From: Eledone cirrhosa
Lineage: Eukaryota
DNA: 64,000 bases
Assembly (NCBI GenBank): GCA_964016885.1
Contig: OZ024755.1
Span: 28,148,001 to 28,212,000, forward strand
Direction of reading: 5' to 3'
Shown here: positions 61,124 through 64,000 of the stretch, in pieces
How positions within the stretch are numbered: the first letter of the stretch is position 1
Layout of the letters: each line of letters starts with the position of its first letter
The notes under the pieces: model-generated
The model's database searches: none
What the model was told of the DNA's origin: nothing
The model's input: only the letters and a program-made list of their open reading frames with translations
Position numbers and translations under genes: made by a program

Positions 61124-61588
61124 AGGAGTGTGTGTATATATGTGTGTGAAAGTAAATGTATAGAATTGCGGGCGGGGTTACGTACGTATATGTTTGCGTA
61201 GGTGCACTAGCTTCACGATGCAGGTATTCTCAATAAAGCTACGGTTACACCCGTTACTTGTTTAACGCCTTGCTCATGACACCCAGGAAGAACGGAATAC
61301 TCGGCATAACTATCCATGTTTCACTTCTCTCAAACTTCTCTCAAACTTCCCTGGCTCACCATCGGCTGTTTTCTTTCTTCCTTCATTATTTTCATATATA
61401 TATTTCTCTATGTTTGCTTCTTTTATTTCTAGTTAGGCGCTTTTTTTGCTTCTTTTAATTACTTGCCTTTGTCTCGTAACACACTCAGTGTACTAAAGAA
61501 GATTTTCGCGCTCATAGCAATCTTCTCGTTCTCTTCTCGCATGCACTTTACCTCCTCTCTCTCTCTCTCTCTCTCTCTCGCTCTCTCT

Positions 61589-62099
<511 letters not shown>

Positions 62100-64000
62100 A
62101 AATATTTGCTCTACGGTTCTTATATATCTGATATATATTTATCCTTATCGAGCCCTCTTTGGATTTTAGTCTTCAAATTTATTATTATTATTATACACAC
62201 ACACACACAGACACACACATATATATGTCCAATCCATATCGATTCACATATATATAACTGAGTAGCTTCCGATTCCAGAGTCAGGTTCGATCATTAATAG
62301 ATCGCTCCTCGAGCTGATCGACAGTGAAACATATGTAATATGTAATTAAATATGTATATGATGTAACACTGACTCTTTCTTCCTTTATATATTAATATTA
62401 TATATATATATATATGGTGAAATTAACGTATAAGACGCAAGTTGGTGGTAAGGTCAACGAAGTACTATGTGTGATAGGCCTGGAGATTTGAAATGCTCTT
62501 CCAATTCCTAAGTCAACAGAATAAGAATAGTCGAGCACACAAGCGGTCTGATACTTATTGACCAAACAAATGTGAAAGGCGAAATGACTTCAAAGTTATT
62601 GAATTCAGAGTATAAGACAATAAACACCGCAAGTGTGATATCAAACGGCCATTTTTAGATAGTGTGTGTGTGAGGTTTTTGTTTATGTGTGCATGTATGT
62701 ATGTATGTATGTATGTATGTACATATATAAAACATGAAAAAAAGTCGGAGGAATTGGTGGCACAAGTCTCACACAATAGAAATAATTCTTCGACTGTCCA
62801 GCCAATTCCATTAGATTAGTAAATGTGAAGTACTAAAGTAGATTTATTTCATATTGGGACTCAGGTATAAATCACGTATCAGCTTACATAAATACAAATA
62901 AAGATTGATTGGCAGAGAGTTTTGACTAAGATTTTTTCCAATCCATATCGATTCACAATAATCATAAGCATAGAAAAAACTGCCCCTGCACCTCAGATTT
63001 AAGAAATAATTAATTTCTTCTGCAGATACTGTACTGATATGAAAACCCCAAATGGCAAAATGCTCCCGCATCAAAGACGATGAAACTGTAGAATACTATC
63101 TACCTATAATATGGTCGACACTGAAAAATCTAAAATGCTGCCTTATACTGCATTTTTTATTCTTTCCATTACTTGTTTTAAAACCAAATTTTTATATAAA
63201 ATACTTCATCTGGTTTAACATGATTTACATAATTTAAATGTATTTGCAAGAGTAGCTAAAACCTTCCGTATACTAATCAGTATTACACTGTCCCCTTTTT
63301 AAAAGACAGACTCTGTGATTTGTAAATGGGAAAAAAACTTTTGAAATGAAATTATGTACAGAATAGATGTACGATACACAGATTATAAAAGGCCTTATAA
63401 AATGTAATTTATGTAAGGTAATAGCATTCGAAATGTATTTGGTGCTGTTCTGGAGAAAACTTCACCTCCGATATTATATAGTTCTGTTACAAATGGATAT
63501 GTATATTACTGCCGTGGTATACACTGCCAAATATATTAATGAAAATTTGAATTTCTAGATGTCTTCTTAAAACCCCCCCAAAAATATATATATTTGCCAT
63601 GAAGTCAAGCAAATTCCTGAATTAGTGGGCTTCGATTTACAAATTATAAAACGTTTCTACAGGGGAAATACAATTTAGAATTTAAGCTCCTTCTAACACG
63701 TCAAATAAAGTCACACTTCCTACAAAAATAAATCATCGTATGTAGGCTACACACAACGTGTCTCAAAAATTACAAATACGAAATATGAAACAGAGTTCAT
63801 TTCCAGTTGCAAATTTACACATCAACAGTGCGACATCCTACTTACATCCTACCAGTTGTGTAATATGGTCTTGACTGTGTTAATTGGACGACAAGGTCAC
63901 TTCAGAAGCTCTCTACATTCCAGAACCACATCATGAGACTTATGACTGGCAAGCGGCTCAGCGACCGTATCTGTATCAGTGAGCTGCTAAACATTACCAA

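Overview
AT-rich, microsatellite-saturated animal genomic DNA. The repeat content (tRNA-derived SINEs, RTE, CRE and Penelope-like remnants, huge (TA)n arrays) looks like an octopus/cephalopod genome; this is inferred from repeat resemblance, not from a search. Almost all ORF-track entries are microsatellite artefacts. One protein-coding gene can be assembled on the minus strand from three phase-compatible exons (43613-43739, 21780-21878, 19811-19884). It encodes a ~99-aa protein with a signal peptide and one C-terminal EF-hand; extra exons in the 21.7-kb intron cannot be excluded. The rest is about 21 copies of one SINE family (many with TSDs), six 5'-truncated 3' ends of a CRE-type RLE retrotransposon, RTE fragments, a Penelope-like GIY-YIG 3' end with a degenerate hammerhead ribozyme, and two arrays of one 33-bp minisatellite. 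The most striking structure is a series of short fold-back palindromes, mostly beside (TA)n. Several retain the 3' half of a hammerhead ribozyme and turn around at stem II.
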